Shown here in pieces: positions 27,072 to 38,812 of a stretch of 64,000 bases of DNA (the stretch's first letter is position 1; every line of letters begins with the position of its first letter). The stretch is taken from the NCBI RefSeq assembly GCF_057098645.1, contig NZ_CM169472.1; one strand, 5' to 3'. The notes beneath the pieces were generated by a model that was given only the letters and a program-made list of their open reading frames with translations, had not been told where the DNA came from and ran no database searches. Made by a program: the position numbers and the translations under genes.

Positions 27072-27944
27072 ATGTGTACAACATGCGGTTGCGGTGAAGG
27101 CAACCTGTATATCGAGGGTGATGAACATAACCCTCATTCCGCGTTTCGTAGCGCGCCATTTGCCCCGGCGGCACGCCCGAAGATGAAAATCACCGGCATT
27201 AAAGCGCCTGAATTTACCCCCAGCCAGACTGAAGAAGGCGACCTGCATTACGGTCATGGCGAAGCGGGCACTCACGCACCGGGCATGAGCCAGCGTCGGA
27301 TGCTGGAAGTCGAAATTGACGTGCTGGACAAAAATAACCGTCTGGCTGAACGCAACCGCGCGCGCTTTGCTGCCCGCAAGCAACTGGTGCTCAACCTGGT
27401 TTCCAGCCCAGGTTCCGGTAAAACCACCCTGCTGACGGAAACCTTAATGCGCCTGAAAGACAGCGTTCCGTGCGCGGTTATTGAAGGTGACCAGCAAACC
27501 GTGAACGATGCCGCACGCATTCGCGCTACCGGCACACCAGCGATTCAGGTGAACACCGGTAAAGGCTGCCATCTTGACGCACAGATGATTGCCGACGCCG
27601 CACCGCGTCTGCCACTGGACGATAACGGTATTCTGTTTATCGAAAACGTTGGCAACCTGGTATGCCCGGCCAGCTTCGATCTCGGTGAAAAACACAAAGT
27701 GGCGGTGCTTTCCGTTACCGAAGGTGAAGACAAACCGCTGAAATATCCGCATATGTTTGCCGCCGCCTCGCTAATGCTGCTCAACAAAGTTGACCTGCTG
27801 CCGTATCTTAACTTTGACGTTGAGAAGTGCATCGCCTGCGCCCGCGAAGTCAATCCAGAAATTGAAATCATCCTTATTTCCGCCACCAGCGGCGAAGGGA
27901 TGGACCAGTGGCTGAACTGGCTGGAGACACAGCGATGTGCATAG
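27072..27944 (+). CDS. hypB: hydrogenase nickel-incorporation GTPase HypB
   Basis: 290-aa ORF; N-terminal CTTCGC metal motif, His-rich stretch, P-loop [15 protein letters not shown]. Confidence 0.93.
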   Translation: MCTTCGCGEGNLYIEGDEHNPHSAFRSAPFAPAARPKMKITGIKAPEFTPSQTEEGDLHYGHGEAGTHAPGMSQRRMLEVEIDVLDKNNRLAERNRARFAARKQLVLNLVSSPGSGKTTLLTETLMRLKDSVPCAVIEGDQQTVNDAARIRATGTPAIQVNTGKGCHLDAQMIADAAPRLPLDDNGILFIENVGNLVCPASFDLGEKHKVAVLSVTEGEDKPLKYPHMFAAASLMLLNKVDLLPYLNFDVEKCIACAREVNPEIEIILISATSGEGMDQWLNWLETQRCA

Positions 27945-28207
27945 GCGTTCCCGGCCAGATCCGCACCATTGACGGCAACCAGGCGAAAGTCGACGTCTGC
28001 GGCATTCAGCGCGATGTCGATTTAACGTTAGTCGGCAGCTGCGATGAAAACGGTCAGCCGCGCGTGGGCCAGTGGGTACTGGTACACGTTGGCTTTGCCA
28101 TGAGCGTAATTAATGAAGCCGAAGCACGCGACACTCTCGACGCCTTACAAAACATGTTTGATGTTGAGCCGGATGTCGGCGCGCTGTTGTATGGCGAGGA
28201 AAAATAA
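27935..28207 (+). CDS. hypC: hydrogenase maturation factor HypC
   Basis: 90 aa from conserved N-terminal MCIGVPGQI; track ORF starts 27 nt upstream. Confidence 0.9.
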   Translation: MCIGVPGQIRTIDGNQAKVDVCGIQRDVDLTLVGSCDENGQPRVGQWVLVHVGFAMSVINEAEARDTLDALQNMFDVEPDVGALLYGEEK

Positions 28208-29328
28208 TGCGTTTTGTTGATGAATATCGCGCGCCGGAACAGGTGATGCAGTTAATTGAGCATCTGCGCGAACGTGCTTCACATCTCTCTTACACCGCCG
28301 AACGCCCTCTGCGGATTATGGAAGTGTGCGGTGGTCATACCCACGCCATTTTTAAATTCGGCCTCGACCAGTTACTGCCGGAAAACGTTGAGTTTATCCA
28401 CGGTCCGGGTTGCCCGGTGTGCGTACTGCCGATGGGTAGAATCGACACCTGCGTGGAGATTGCCAGCCATCCGGAAGTCATCTTCTGTACCTTTGGCGAC
28501 GCCATGCGCGTGCCGGGGAAACAGGGATCGCTGTTGCAGGCAAAAGCACGCGGTGCCGATGTGCGCATCGTTTACTCGCCGATGGATGCGTTGAAACTGG
28601 CGCAGGAGAATCCAACCCGCAAAGTGGTGTTCTTCGGCTTAGGTTTTGAAACCACCATGCCGACCACCGCTATCACTCTGCAACAGGCGAAAGCGCGTGA
28701 TGTGCAGAATTTTTACTTCTTCTGCCAGCACATTACGCTTATCCCGACGCTGCGCAGTTTGCTGGAACAGCCGGATAACGGTATCGACGCGTTCCTCGCG
28801 CCGGGCCACGTTAGTATGGTTATCGGCACTGATGCCTATAATTTTATCGCCAGCGATTTTCATCGTCCGCTGGTGGTCGCTGGTTTCGAACCCCTTGATC
28901 TACTGCAAGGCGTGGTCATGCTGGTGGAGCAGAAAATAGCGGCCCATAGCAAGGTAGAGAATCAGTATCGTCGGGTGGTGCCGGATGCCGGTAACCTGCT
29001 GGCGCAACAGGCGATTGCCGATGTGTTCTGTGTCAACGGCGACAGCGAATGGCGCGGCTTAGGCGTGATTGAATCTTCTGGCGTGCACCTGACGCCGGAT
29101 TATCAACGATTCGATGCCGAAGCACATTTCCGCCCGGCACCGCAGCAGGTCTGCGATGACCCGCGTGCGCGTTGTGGTGAAGTATTAACGGGCAAATGTA
29201 AGCCGCATCAATGCCCGCTGTTTGGTAACACCTGTAATCCTCAAACCGCGTTTGGTGCGCTGATGGTTTCCTCCGAAGGAGCGTGCGCCGCGTGGTATCA
29301 GTATCGTCAGCAGGAGAGTGAAGCGTGA
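28207..29328 (+). CDS. hypD: hydrogenase maturation factor HypD
   Basis: 373-aa ORF; conserved motifs CGGHTH, GPGCPVC, FEPLD, CxxxC C-terminal. Confidence 0.92.
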   Translation: MRFVDEYRAPEQVMQLIEHLRERASHLSYTAERPLRIMEVCGGHTHAIFKFGLDQLLPENVEFIHGPGCPVCVLPMGRIDTCVEIASHPEVIFCTFGDAMRVPGKQGSLLQAKARGADVRIVYSPMDALKLAQENPTRKVVFFGLGFETTMPTTAITLQQAKARDVQNFYFFCQHITLIPTLRSLLEQPDNGIDAFLAPGHVSMVIGTDAYNFIASDFHRPLVVAGFEPLDLLQGVVMLVEQKIAAHSKVENQYRRVVPDAGNLLAQQAIADVFCVNGDSEWRGLGVIESSGVHLTPDYQRFDAEAHFRPAPQQVCDDPRARCGEVLTGKCKPHQCPLFGNTCNPQTAFGALMVSSEGACAAWYQYRQQESEA

Positions 29329-30335
29329 ATAATATCCAACTTGCCCACGGCAGCGGCGGCCAGGCGATGCAGCAATTAATCAACAGCCTGTTTATGGAAG
29401 CCTTTGCCAACCCGTGGCTGGCAGAACAGGAAGATCAGGCCCGTCTTGATCTGGCGCAGCTGGTAGCGGAAGGCGACCGTCTGGCGTTCTCCACCGACAG
29501 TTACGTCATTGACCCGCTGTTCTTTCCTGGCGGTAATATCGGCAAGCTGGCGATTTGCGGCACTGCGAATGACGTTGCGGTCAGTGGCGCTATTCCGCGC
29601 TATCTCTCCTGTGGCTTTATCCTCGAAGAAGGATTGCCGATGGAGACACTGAAAGCCGTAGTGACCAGCATGGCAGAAACCGCCCGCACGGCAGGCATTG
29701 CCATCGTTACTGGCGATACTAAAGTGGTGCAGCGCGGCGCGGCAGATAAACTGTTTATCAACACCGCGGGCATGGGCGCAATTCCGGCGAATATTCACTG
29801 GGGCGCACAGACGCTAACCGCAGGCGATGTATTGCTGGTTAGCGGTACACTCGGCGACCACGGGGCGACTATCCTTAACCTGCGTGAGCAGCTGGGGCTG
29901 GATGGCGAACTGGTCAGCGACTGCGCGGTGCTGACGCCGCTTATTCAGACGCTGCGTGACATTCCCGGCGTGAAAGCGCTGCGTGATGCCACCCGTGGTG
30001 GTGTAAACGCGGTGGTTCATGAGTTCGCGGCAGCCTGCGGTTGCGGTATTGAAATTTCTGAATCAGCGCTGCCGGTTAAACCTGCCGTGCGCGGCGTTTG
30101 CGAACTGCTGGGACTGGACGCCCTGAACTTTGCCAACGAAGGCAAACTGGTGATCGCCGTTGAACGCAACGCGGCAGAGCAAGTTTTGGCAGCGTTACAT
30201 TCCCATCCACTGGGAAAAGACGCGGCGCTGATTGGTGAAGTGGTGGAACGTAAAGGTGTTCGTCTTGCCGGTCTGTATGGCGTGAAACGAACCCTCGATT
30301 TACCACACGCCGAACCGCTTCCGCGTATATGCTAA
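29325..30335 (+). CDS. hypE: hydrogenase maturation factor HypE (carbamoyl dehydratase)
   Basis: 336-aa ORF, PurM-like fold, C-terminal PRIC cysteine; overlaps hypD by 4 nt. Confidence 0.92.
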   Translation: MNNIQLAHGSGGQAMQQLINSLFMEAFANPWLAEQEDQARLDLAQLVAEGDRLAFSTDSYVIDPLFFPGGNIGKLAICGTANDVAVSGAIPRYLSCGFILEEGLPMETLKAVVTSMAETARTAGIAIVTGDTKVVQRGAADKLFINTAGMGAIPANIHWGAQTLTAGDVLLVSGTLGDHGATILNLREQLGLDGELVSDCAVLTPLIQTLRDIPGVKALRDATRGGVNAVVHEFAAACGCGIEISESALPVKPAVRGVCELLGLDALNFANEGKLVIAVERNAAEQVLAALHSHPLGKDAALIGEVVERKGVRLAGLYGVKRTLDLPHAEPLPRIC

Positions 30336-30408
30336 TAAAATTCTAAATCTCCTATAGTTAGTCAATGACCTTTTGCACCGCTTTGCGGTGCTTTCCTGGA
30401 AGAACAAA

Positions 30409-32487
30409 ATGTCATATACACCGATGAGTGATCTCGGACAGCAAGGGTTGTTCGACATCACTCGGACACTATTGCAGCAGCCCGATCTGGCCTCGCTGTG
30501 TGAGGCTCTTTCGCAACTGGTAAAGCGTTCTGCGCTCGCCGACAACGCGGCTATTGTGTTGTGGCAAGCGCAGACTCAACGTGCGTCTTATTACGCATCG
30601 CGTGAAAAAGACACCCCCATTAAATATGAAGACGAAACTGTTCTGGCACACGGTCCGGTACGCAGCATTTTGTCGCGCCCTGATACGCTGCATTGCAGTT
30701 ACGAAGAATTTTGTGAAACCTGGCCGCAGCTGGCCGCAGGTGGGCTATACCCAAAATTTGGTCACTATTGCCTGATGCCACTGGCGGCGGAAGGGCATAT
30801 TTTTGGTGGCTGTGAATTTATTCGTTATGACGATCGCCCCTGGAGCGAAAAAGAGTTCAATCGTCTGCAAACATTTACGCAGATCGTTTCTGTCGTCACC
30901 GAACAAATCCAGAGTCGCGTCGTTAACAATGTCGACTATGAGTTGTTATGCCGGGAACGCGATAACTTCCGCATCCTGGTCGCCATCACCAACGCGGTGC
31001 TTTCCCGCCTGGATATGGACGAACTGGTCAGCGAAGTCGCCAAAGAAATCCATTACTATTTCGATATTGACGATATCAGTATCGTCTTACGCAGCCACCG
31101 TAAAAACAAACTCAACATCTACTCCACTCACTATCTTGATAAACAGCATCCCGCCCACGAACAGAGCGAAGTCGATGAAGCCGGAACCCTCACCGAACGC
31201 GTGTTCAAAAGTAAAGAGATGCTGCTGATTAATCTCCACGAGCGGGATGATTTAGCCCCCTATGAACGCATGTTGTTCGATACCTGGGGCAACCAGATTC
31301 AAACCTTGTGCCTGTTACCGCTGATGTCTGGCGACACCATGCTGGGCGTGCTGAAACTGGCGCAATGTGAAGAGAAAGTGTTTACCACTACCAATCTGAA
31401 TTTACTGCGCCAGATTGCCGAACGTGTGGCAATCGCTGTCGATAACGCCCTCGCCTATCAGGAAATCCATCGTCTGAAAGAACGGCTGGTTGATGAAAAC
31501 CTCGCCCTGACCGAGCAGCTCAACAATGTTGATAGTGAATTTGGCGAGATTATTGGCCGCAGCGAAGCCATGTACAGCGTGCTTAAACAAGTTGAAATGG
31601 TAGCGCAAAGTGACAGTACCGTGCTGATCCTCGGTGAAACTGGCACGGGTAAAGAGCTGATTGCCCGTGCTATCCATAATCTCAGTGGGCGTAATAATCG
31701 CCGCATGGTCAAAATGAACTGCGCGGCGATGCCTGCCGGATTGCTGGAGAGCGATCTGTTTGGTCATGAGCGTGGAGCTTTTACCGGTGCCAGCGCCCAG
31801 CGTATCGGTCGTTTTGAACTGGCGGATAAAAGCTCCCTGTTCCTCGACGAAGTGGGCGATATGCCACTGGAGTTACAGCCGAAGTTGCTGCGTGTATTGC
31901 AGGAACAGGAGTTTGAACGCCTCGGCAGCAACAAAATCATTCAGACGGACGTGCGTCTAATCGCCGCGACTAACCGCGATCTGAAAAAAATGGTCGCCGA
32001 CCGTGAGTTCCGTAGCGATCTCTATTACCGCCTGAACGTATTCCCGATTCACCTTCCGCCACTACGCGAGCGTCCGGAAGATATTCCGCTGCTGGCGAAA
32101 GCCTTTACCTTCAAAATTGCCCGTCGTCTGGGGCGCAATATCGACAGCATTCCTGCCGAGACGTTGCGCACCTTGAGCAATATGGAGTGGCCGGGTAACG
32201 TACGCGAACTGGAAAACGTCATTGAGCGCGCGGTATTGCTAACACGCGGCAACGTGCTGCAGTTGTCATTGCCAGATATTGCTTTACCGGAGCCTGAAAC
32301 GCCGCCTGCCGCAACGGTTGTCGCTCAGGAGGGCGAAGATGAATATCAGTTGATTGTTCGCGTGCTGAAAGAAACTAACGGTGTGGTTGCCGGGCCTAAA
32401 GGCGCTGCGCAACGTCTGGGGCTGAAACGCACGACTCTGCTGTCACGGATGAAGCGACTGGGAATTGATAAATCGGCATTGATTTAA
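30409..32487 (+). CDS. fhlA: formate hydrogenlyase transcriptional activator (sigma54-dependent)
   Basis: 692 aa from MSYTPMSDLGQQ; tandem GAF region, AAA+ [15 protein letters not shown]-terminal HTH. Confidence 0.93.
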   Translation: MSYTPMSDLGQQGLFDITRTLLQQPDLASLCEALSQLVKRSALADNAAIVLWQAQTQRASYYASREKDTPIKYEDETVLAHGPVRSILSRPDTLHCSYEEFCETWPQLAAGGLYPKFGHYCLMPLAAEGHIFGGCEFIRYDDRPWSEKEFNRLQTFTQIVSVVTEQIQSRVVNNVDYELLCRERDNFRILVAITNAVLSRLDMDELVSEVAKEIHYYFDIDDISIVLRSHRKNKLNIYSTHYLDKQHPAHEQSEVDEAGTLTERVFKSKEMLLINLHERDDLAPYERMLFDTWGNQIQTLCLLPLMSGDTMLGVLKLAQCEEKVFTTTNLNLLRQIAERVAIAVDNALAYQEIHRLKERLVDENLALTEQLNNVDSEFGEIIGRSEAMYSVLKQVEMVAQSDSTVLILGETGTGKELIARAIHNLSGRNNRRMVKMNCAAMPAGLLESDLFGHERGAFTGASAQRIGRFELADKSSLFLDEVGDMPLELQPKLLRVLQEQEFERLGSNKIIQTDVRLIAATNRDLKKMVADREFRSDLYYRLNVFPIHLPPLRERPEDIPLLAKAFTFKIARRLGRNIDSIPAETLRTLSNMEWPGNVRELENVIERAVLLTRGNVLQLSLPDIALPEPETPPAATVVAQEGEDEYQLIVRVLKETNGVVAGPKGAAQRLGLKRTTLLSRMKRLGIDKSALI

Positions 32488-32496
32488 CTGCAAATT

Positions 32497-32520
32497 GCCG
32501 GACAGATCTACCTGTCCGGC
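32497..32520. terminator. hairpin between convergent fhlA and ygbA
   Basis: GCCGGACAG-loop-CTGTCCGGC, 9-bp perfect stem, sits between the two stop codons. Confidence 0.5.
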
Positions 32521-32523
32521 ATA

Positions 32524-32877
32524 CTATTCACGAGGTTTTTTCGGACGATATTTTTCCGGCAGTTCTGGCACCGGACGCTTGTCATCGATGAGATGACGCA
32601 CGGTTAAGATCGGATGACGCCACAGCATTCTCGGCCCGGCCCAACGCATAATCTGTTTCATCTCTTCACGTTTTGCAGGCTGGTAACAGTGCACCGGACA
32701 CTGCTTACAGGCTGGTTTCTGTTCGCCGAACACACATTTATCCAGCCGCTTTTGCGCGTAAGCAAACAACGCCTCGTAATGCTCCGGCTCCGCTGACGCT
32801 TGCGGGCATTTCGCTTGATAAAGATCGATCATTTTTTTAATCGTCAGTTTTTCACGAGAGATACGCTTGCCGGACAT
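32524..32877 (-). CDS. ygbA: small cysteine-containing protein YgbA
   Basis: 117-aa ORF at the conserved position between fhlA and mutS. Confidence 0.8.
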   Translation of the reverse strand: MSGKRISREKLTIKKMIDLYQAKCPQASAEPEHYEALFAYAQKRLDKCVFGEQKPACKQCPVHCYQPAKREEMKQIMRWAGPRMLWRHPILTVRHLIDDKRPVPELPEKYRPKKPRE

Positions 32878-33163
32878 GCTGCCTCCACCTCATTAAGATG
32901 CATTTATATTACATCTTAATCTTAAAGGGCACTATGACTCTAAAGAAGAAGGGTTCGCCAACCGATACAATTTTGCGTACTTGCTTCATAAGCATCACGC
33001 AAAAGCTGCAAAACAGCATCTTTCCCGGAACCAGCATCAAGAACTCGCCGTTCGCTTCTTCCCCTGAAATGATTAACTCCGGTATCATGTGCGCCTTATG
33101 TGATTACAACGAAAATAAAAACCATCACACCCCATTTAATATCAGGGAACCGGACATAACCCC

Positions 33164-35725
33164 ATGAGTGCAATAGAAAATTTCGACGCCCATACGCCCA
33201 TGATGCAGCAGTATCTCAAGCTGAAAGCCCAGCATCCCGAGATCCTGCTGTTTTACCGGATGGGTGATTTTTATGAACTGTTTTATGACGACGCAAAACG
33301 CGCATCGCAACTGCTGGATATTTCACTGACCAAACGCGGTGCTTCGGCGGGAGAGCCGATCCCGATGGCGGGGATTCCCTACCATGCGGTGGAAAACTAC
33401 CTCGCCAAACTGGTGAATCAGGGCGAGTCCGTTGCCATCTGCGAACAAATTGGCGATCCGGCGACCAGCAAAGGTCCGGTTGAGCGCAAAGTTGTGCGTA
33501 TCGTTACGCCAGGCACCATCAGCGATGAAGCCCTGTTGCAGGAGCGTCAGGACAACCTGCTGGCGGCTATCTGGCAGGACAGCAAAGGTTTCGGCTACGC
33601 GACGCTGGATATCAGTTCCGGGCGTTTTCGCCTTAGCGAACCGGCCGACCGCGAAACGATGGCGGCAGAATTGCAACGCACTAATCCGGCGGAACTGCTG
33701 TATGCAGAAGATTTCGCCGAGATGTCGCTGATTGAAGGCCGTCGCGGCCTGCGCCGTCGCCCGCTGTGGGAGTTTGAAATCGACACCGCGCGCCAGCAGT
33801 TGAATCTACAATTTGGCACCCGCGATCTGGTCGGTTTTGGCGTCGAGAACGCGCCGCGCGGACTTTGTGCTGCCGGTTGTCTGTTGCAGTATGCGAAAGA
33901 TACCCAACGTACGACTCTGCCGCATATTCGTTCCATCACCATGGAACGTGAGCAGGACAGCATCATTATGGATGCCGCGACGCGTCGTAATCTGGAAATC
34001 ACCCAGAACCTGGCGGGTGGTGCGGAAAATACGCTGGCTTCTGTGCTCGACTGCACCGTCACGCCGATGGGCAGCCGTATGCTGAAACGCTGGCTGCATA
34101 TGCCAGTGCGCGATACCCGCGTGTTGCTTGAGCGCCAGCAAACTATTGGCGCATTGCAGGATTTCACCGCCGGGCTACAGCCGGTACTGCGTCAGGTCGG
34201 CGACCTGGAACGTATTCTGGCACGTCTGGCTTTACGAACTGCTCGCCCACGCGATCTGGCCCGTATGCGCCACGCTTTCCAGCAACTGCCGGAGCTGCGT
34301 GCGCAGTTAGAAACTATCGATAGTGCACCGGTACAGGCGCTACGTGAGAAGATGGGCGAGTTTGCCGAGCTGCGCGATCTGCTGGAGCGAGCAATCATCG
34401 ACACACCGCCGGTGCTGGTACGCGACGGTGGTGTTATCGCATCGGGCTATAACGAAGAGCTGGATGAGTGGCGCGCGCTGGCTGACGGCGCGACCGATTA
34501 TCTGGAGCGTCTGGAAGTCCGCGAGCGTGAACGTACCGGCCTGGACACGCTGAAAGTTGGCTTTAATGCGGTGCACGGCTACTACATTCAAATCAGCCGT
34601 GGGCAAAGCCATCTGGCACCCATCAACTACATGCGTCGCCAGACGCTGAAAAACGCCGAGCGCTACATCATTCCAGAGCTAAAAGAGTACGAAGATAAAG
34701 TTCTCACCTCAAAAGGCAAAGCACTGGCACTGGAAAAACAGCTTTATGAAGAGTTGTTCGACCTGCTGTTGCCGCATCTGGAAGCGTTGCAACAGAGCGC
34801 GAGCGCGCTGGCGGAACTCGACGTGCTGGTGAACCTGGCGGAACGGGCCTATACCCTGAACTACACCTGCCCGACCTTTATTGATAAACCGGGCATTCGC
34901 ATTACCGAAGGCCGCCATCCGGTGGTTGAACAGGTGCTGAACGAGCCATTTATCGCCAACCCGCTGAATCTGTCACCGCAGCGCCGGATGTTGATTATTA
35001 CCGGCCCGAACATGGGCGGTAAAAGTACCTATATGCGCCAGACCGCACTGATTGCGCTGATGGCCTACATCGGCAGCTATGTACCGGCACAAAAAGTCGA
35101 GATTGGACCTATCGATCGCATCTTTACCCGCGTAGGCGCGGCAGATGACCTGGCTTCCGGGCGCTCAACCTTTATGGTGGAGATGACTGAAACCGCCAAT
35201 ATTTTACATAACGCCACCGAATACAGTCTGGTGTTAATGGATGAGATCGGGCGTGGAACGTCCACTTACGATGGTCTGTCACTGGCATGGGCGTGCGCGG
35301 AAAATCTGGCGAATAAGATTAAGGCATTGACGCTGTTTGCTACCCACTATTTCGAGCTGACCCAGTTACCGGAGAAAATGGAAGGCGTCGCCAACGTGCA
35401 TCTCGATGCACTGGAGCACGGCGACACCATTGCCTTTATGCATAGCGTGCAGGATGGCGCGGCGAGCAAAAGCTACGGCCTGGCGGTTGCAGCTCTGGCC
35501 GGCGTGCCAAAAGAGGTTATTAAGCGCGCACGGCAAAAACTGCGTGAGCTGGAAAGCATTTCGCCGAACGCCGCCGCTACGCAAGTGGATGGTACGCAAA
35601 TGTCTTTGCTGTCAGTGCCAGAAGAAACCTCACCTGCGGTCGAGGCACTGGAAAACCTCGATCCGGATTCACTCACCCCGCGTCAGGCGCTGGAGTGGAT
35701 TTATCGCTTGAAGAGTCTGGTGTAA
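33164..35725 (+). CDS. mutS: DNA mismatch repair protein MutS
   Basis: 853-aa ORF; mismatch-binding N-terminus, Walker [14 protein letters not shown], Walker [17 protein letters not shown]. Confidence 0.95.
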   Translation: MSAIENFDAHTPMMQQYLKLKAQHPEILLFYRMGDFYELFYDDAKRASQLLDISLTKRGASAGEPIPMAGIPYHAVENYLAKLVNQGESVAICEQIGDPATSKGPVERKVVRIVTPGTISDEALLQERQDNLLAAIWQDSKGFGYATLDISSGRFRLSEPADRETMAAELQRTNPAELLYAEDFAEMSLIEGRRGLRRRPLWEFEIDTARQQLNLQFGTRDLVGFGVENAPRGLCAAGCLLQYAKDTQRTTLPHIRSITMEREQDSIIMDAATRRNLEITQNLAGGAENTLASVLDCTVTPMGSRMLKRWLHMPVRDTRVLLERQQTIGALQDFTAGLQPVLRQVGDLERILARLALRTARPRDLARMRHAFQQLPELRAQLETIDSAPVQALREKMGEFAELRDLLERAIIDTPPVLVRDGGVIASGYNEELDEWRALADGATDYLERLEVRERERTGLDTLKVGFNAVHGYYIQISRGQSHLAPINYMRRQTLKNAERYIIPELKEYEDKVLTSKGKALALEKQLYEELFDLLLPHLEALQQSASALAELDVLVNLAERAYTLNYTCPTFIDKPGIRITEGRHPVVEQVLNEPFIANPLNLSPQRRMLIITGPNMGGKSTYMRQTALIALMAYIGSYVPAQKVEIGPIDRIFTRVGAADDLASGRSTFMVEMTETANILHNATEYSLVLMDEIGRGTSTYDGLSLAWACAENLANKIKALTLFATHYFELTQLPEKMEGVANVHLDALEHGDTIAFMHSVQDGAASKSYGLAVAALAGVPKEVIKRARQKLRELESISPNAAATQVDGTQMSLLSVPEETSPAVEALENLDPDSLTPRQALEWIYRLKSLV

Positions 35726-35830
35726 TTATAATTCCCGGTAGAAAAATACTATCGGGAATATTATCTACAGCTGACGAATCAAATAAAAATACCCTGTATA
35801 ATAGGAAAGCTTATTTTACAGGGTAAAACC

Positions 35831-36487
35831 ATGCCATCTACACGCTATCAAAAAATCAATGCCCATCACTATCGCCATATATGGGTCGTTGGTGATATTC
35901 ATGGTGAATATCAGTTATTACAATCCCGCTTACATCAACTCTCTTTTTGCCCTGAAACCGACTTACTTATTTCTGTCGGCGATAATATTGATCGTGGGCC
36001 GGAGAGTCTTAACGTCCTGCGCCTGCTAAACCAGCCCTGGTTTATCTCCGTTAAAGGCAACCACGAAGCAATGGCGCTGGATGCGTTCGCGACCGGCGAT
36101 GGCAATATGTGGCTTGCCAGCGGTGGTGACTGGTTTTTCGATTTAAATGATTCAGAGCAAAAAGAAGCTACAGATCTGTTGCTGAAATTCCATCACCTTC
36201 CACATATTATTGAAATCACTAACGACAACATAAAATATGTCATCGCACATGCAGATTATCCGGGGAGTGAATATCTCTTTGGTAAAGGAATAGCGGAGAT
36301 CGAATTACTCTGGCCTGTTGATCGTGTGCAGAAATCGCTTAATGGCGAGTTACAACAAATAAACGGCGCTGATTATTTTATATTTGGACATATGATGTTT
36401 GATAACATTCAGACGTTCGCTAACCAGATTTATATTGATACCGGATCGCCGAACAGCAGGCGGCTGTCATTTTATAAAATAAAGTAA
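35831..36487 (+). CDS. pphB: serine/threonine protein phosphatase 2 (PPP family)
   Basis: 218-aa ORF; metallophosphatase motifs GDIHG, GDNIDRG, GNHE. Confidence 0.9.
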   Translation: MPSTRYQKINAHHYRHIWVVGDIHGEYQLLQSRLHQLSFCPETDLLISVGDNIDRGPESLNVLRLLNQPWFISVKGNHEAMALDAFATGDGNMWLASGGDWFFDLNDSEQKEATDLLLKFHHLPHIIEITNDNIKYVIAHADYPGSEYLFGKGIAEIELLWPVDRVQKSLNGELQQINGADYFIFGHMMFDNIQTFANQIYIDTGSPNSRRLSFYKIK

Positions 36488-36491
36488 TGAG

Positions 36492-36526
36492 GCCGGGTAA
36501 AGCAAAGCCACTACCCGGCACTTTTT
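36492..36526 (+). terminator. rho-independent terminator downstream of pphB
   Basis: GCCGGGTA ... TACCCGGC stem followed by CTTTTTATT. Confidence 0.6.
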
Positions 36527-36527
36527 A

Positions 36528-36764
36528 TTAGCGCTTACCTTCCGCCAGCAGCGGCGGAATGCTCGGCACCATTGGCGCGTCATCAATATCTTTCTGCGTC
36601 ATGCGGAACGCTTCCGGGTAATGTTCGCGGCTGATGCGACGTAGCGGTTCGGTATCGCGCCAGGTATAAAGGCAATGCTGGCACTGATATACCGTCCAGA
36701 CATCTTTCACCGGCGATTTCGCCATCACTTCAATCTGTTCATCGGCACAACGTGGACAAATCAT
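36528..36764 (-). CDS. small subunit of non-oxidative aromatic-acid decarboxylase (BsdD/EcdD-like)
   Basis: 78-aa ORF with CPRC...CQHC cysteine pairs, immediately downstream of the UbiD-family gene. Confidence 0.75.
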   Translation of the reverse strand: MICPRCADEQIEVMAKSPVKDVWTVYQCQHCLYTWRDTEPLRRISREHYPEAFRMTQKDIDDAPMVPSIPPLLAEGKR

Positions 36765-36774
36765 CTTGTTCTCC

Positions 36775-38202
36775 TTATTTACGTACGGCCAGCATAGCGG
36801 TCAGTTTTTCAGCCCAGGCTTTGGTTTCCGGCAAATCCACCACCGGCTGGCTGTAGTGACCACGGTTGTCCGGGGCGACAGGCGTGGTGGCGTCGATAAT
36901 CAGCTTGTCGGTGATCCCCGCCGGGCTTGAGCCAGGGTCGAGTTCCAGCACGGACATATTCGGCAACTGCACCAAATCCCCTGCCGGATTTACTTTCGAG
37001 GAGAGCGCCCACATCACCTGCGGCAGGTTGAACGGGTCAACGTCTTCATCGACCATAATCACCATCTTTACGTAGCCCAGACCGTGCGGCGTGGTCATCG
37101 CACGCAGGCCCACCGCGCGGGCAAAGCCGCCGTAGCGTTTTTTGGTGGAGATAATCGCCAGCAGGCCGTGGGTGTACATGGCGTTTACCGCCTGCACTTC
37201 CGGGAACTCGGCTTTCAGTTGTTGATACAGCGGTACGCAGGTGGCTGGCCCCATCAGGTAGTCGATTTCGGTCCACGGCATGCCGAGGTACAGCGATTCG
37301 AAAATCGGCCTGGTGCGGTAAGAGACTTTATCGATGCGCACCACGGTCATGTTACGCCCGCCGGAGTAGTGTCCGGTAAACTCACCGAACGGCCCTTCGA
37401 TTTCGCGTTTACGGCTTTCGATGACCCCTTCGAGGATCACTTCTGAACCCCACGGCACATCAAAACCGGTCAGCGGGGCGGTGGCGATCGGGTACGGGCT
37501 TTCACGCAGCGCGCCTGCCATTTCATACTCAGACTGATCGTATTTCAGCGGCGTGGCCCCCATCAGCGTGATGATCGGATCGTTACCGAGCGTGATCGCA
37601 ATCGGCAGATCTTCACCGCGCTCTTCTGCTTTATGCAGATGCAGGGCGATATCGTGCATCGGTACCGGTTGCAGGCCAAGCTTACGCTTGCCCTTCACTT
37701 CCATGCGGTAGATGCCGACGTTCTGCTTGCCGAAGTTATCTGGGTCGAGCGGATCGCGGGAAACCACGCAGGCTTTGTCGAGATAGAAACCGCCATCGCC
37801 ATCATTTAAACGAAACAGCGGCAGGATATCGAACAGATTAATCTCGTCACCATCGACGGTGTTCTGCGCCCAGGCAGGATTGGCGCGGCGCTCCGGGACA
37901 ATCGGGAAGTTATCCCAGCGGCGGATAAACTCATCAATCTGTTTTTTAACCGGCGTGTTTGGCGGCAGGCCGAGGGAAATCGCGTGGTTCTGCCAGGAAC
38001 CGATGGTATTCATCGCCACGCGGGCATCGGTAAAGCCGCGAATATTATCAAACCACAGCGCGGGCGCGCCGTCGCCGATACGCCCGGTGGCGTTAGCTGC
38101 TGCTGCCAGATCCGGCTCAGCGTTCATTTCTTCGCTGATTTTCAGTAACTGGCCGTGGTCATCAAGCGCCTGTAAAAAGCTGCGTAAATCATCAAATGCC
38201 AT
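36775..38202 (-). CDS. UbiD-family (prFMN-dependent) decarboxylase, EcdC/BsdC-like
   Basis: 475-aa ORF with UbiD-family architecture; 1-nt overlap with the upstream UbiX-like gene. Confidence 0.88.
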   Translation of the reverse strand: MAFDDLRSFLQALDDHGQLLKISEEMNAEPDLAAAANATGRIGDGAPALWFDNIRGFTDARVAMNTIGSWQNHAISLGLPPNTPVKKQIDEFIRRWDNFPIVPERRANPAWAQNTVDGDEINLFDILPLFRLNDGDGGFYLDKACVVSRDPLDPDNFGKQNVGIYRMEVKGKRKLGLQPVPMHDIALHLHKAEERGEDLPIAITLGNDPIITLMGATPLKYDQSEYEMAGALRESPYPIATAPLTGFDVPWGSEVILEGVIESRKREIEGPFGEFTGHYSGGRNMTVVRIDKVSYRTRPIFESLYLGMPWTEIDYLMGPATCVPLYQQLKAEFPEVQAVNAMYTHGLLAIISTKKRYGGFARAVGLRAMTTPHGLGYVKMVIMVDEDVDPFNLPQVMWALSSKVNPAGDLVQLPNMSVLELDPGSSPAGITDKLIIDATTPVAPDNRGHYSQPVVDLPETKAWAEKLTAMLAVRK

Positions 38203-38795
38203 TATTCATTCTCCTGAGAAAAATTCCGGACCTGCGGCAATCCTTGCCAGCGCCTGGCGTGGGGATGTTCGAAGCCAAATTGATCCAGCACGCGGGCTAC
38301 CACATGGTGGACAATGTCATCTACCGTTTCGGGATGGTTATAAAAGGCAGGCATCGGCGGCACCATCGCCACGCCCATGCGTGAAAGTGCGAGCATATTT
38401 TCGAGATGGATGGTGCTAAGCGGCATTTCACGCGGCACCAGCACCAGTTTGCGGCCTTCTTTGAGCACGACGTCCGCCGCGCGCCCTACCAGGCCATCGG
38501 CGTAACCAGCGCGGATACCGGCGAGCGTTTTCATACTGCACGGAATAACGATCATGCCGTCGGTACGAAAGGAACCTGAGGAGATGGTCGCCGCCTGATC
38601 CGCCGGGTTATGGCTGAAGTCAGCGAGGGCAGCAACATCGCGGGCGCTGTAAGGCGTTTCCAGTTCAATGGTGGTTTTCGCCCACTTCGACATCACCAGA
38701 TGAGTCTCGACATTCGGCATCTCCCGCAGCGCTTGCAGTAATGCCACACCAAGAGGCGCACCGGTAGCCCCTGTCATCCCGACGATCAGTTTCAT
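38202..38795 (-). CDS. UbiX/Pad1-family flavin prenyltransferase, EcdB/BsdB-like
   Basis: 197-aa ORF; N-terminal MKLIVGMTGATGA flavoprotein motif. Confidence 0.88.
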   Translation of the reverse strand: MKLIVGMTGATGAPLGVALLQALREMPNVETHLVMSKWAKTTIELETPYSARDVAALADFSHNPADQAATISSGSFRTDGMIVIPCSMKTLAGIRAGYADGLVGRAADVVLKEGRKLVLVPREMPLSTIHLENMLALSRMGVAMVPPMPAFYNHPETVDDIVHHVVARVLDQFGFEHPHARRWQGLPQVRNFSQENE

Positions 38796-38812
38796 TGCTT
38801 ACTCTCTTAATT

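Noticed and set aside
36775-38795. UbiD/UbiX-like pair as the housekeeping ubiquinone genes ubiD/ubiX
   Set aside because: Operon includes a Cys-rich small subunit and a divergent MarR regulator and sits in the variable mutS-rpoS spacer; this fits an aromatic-acid decarboxylase paralogue set better.
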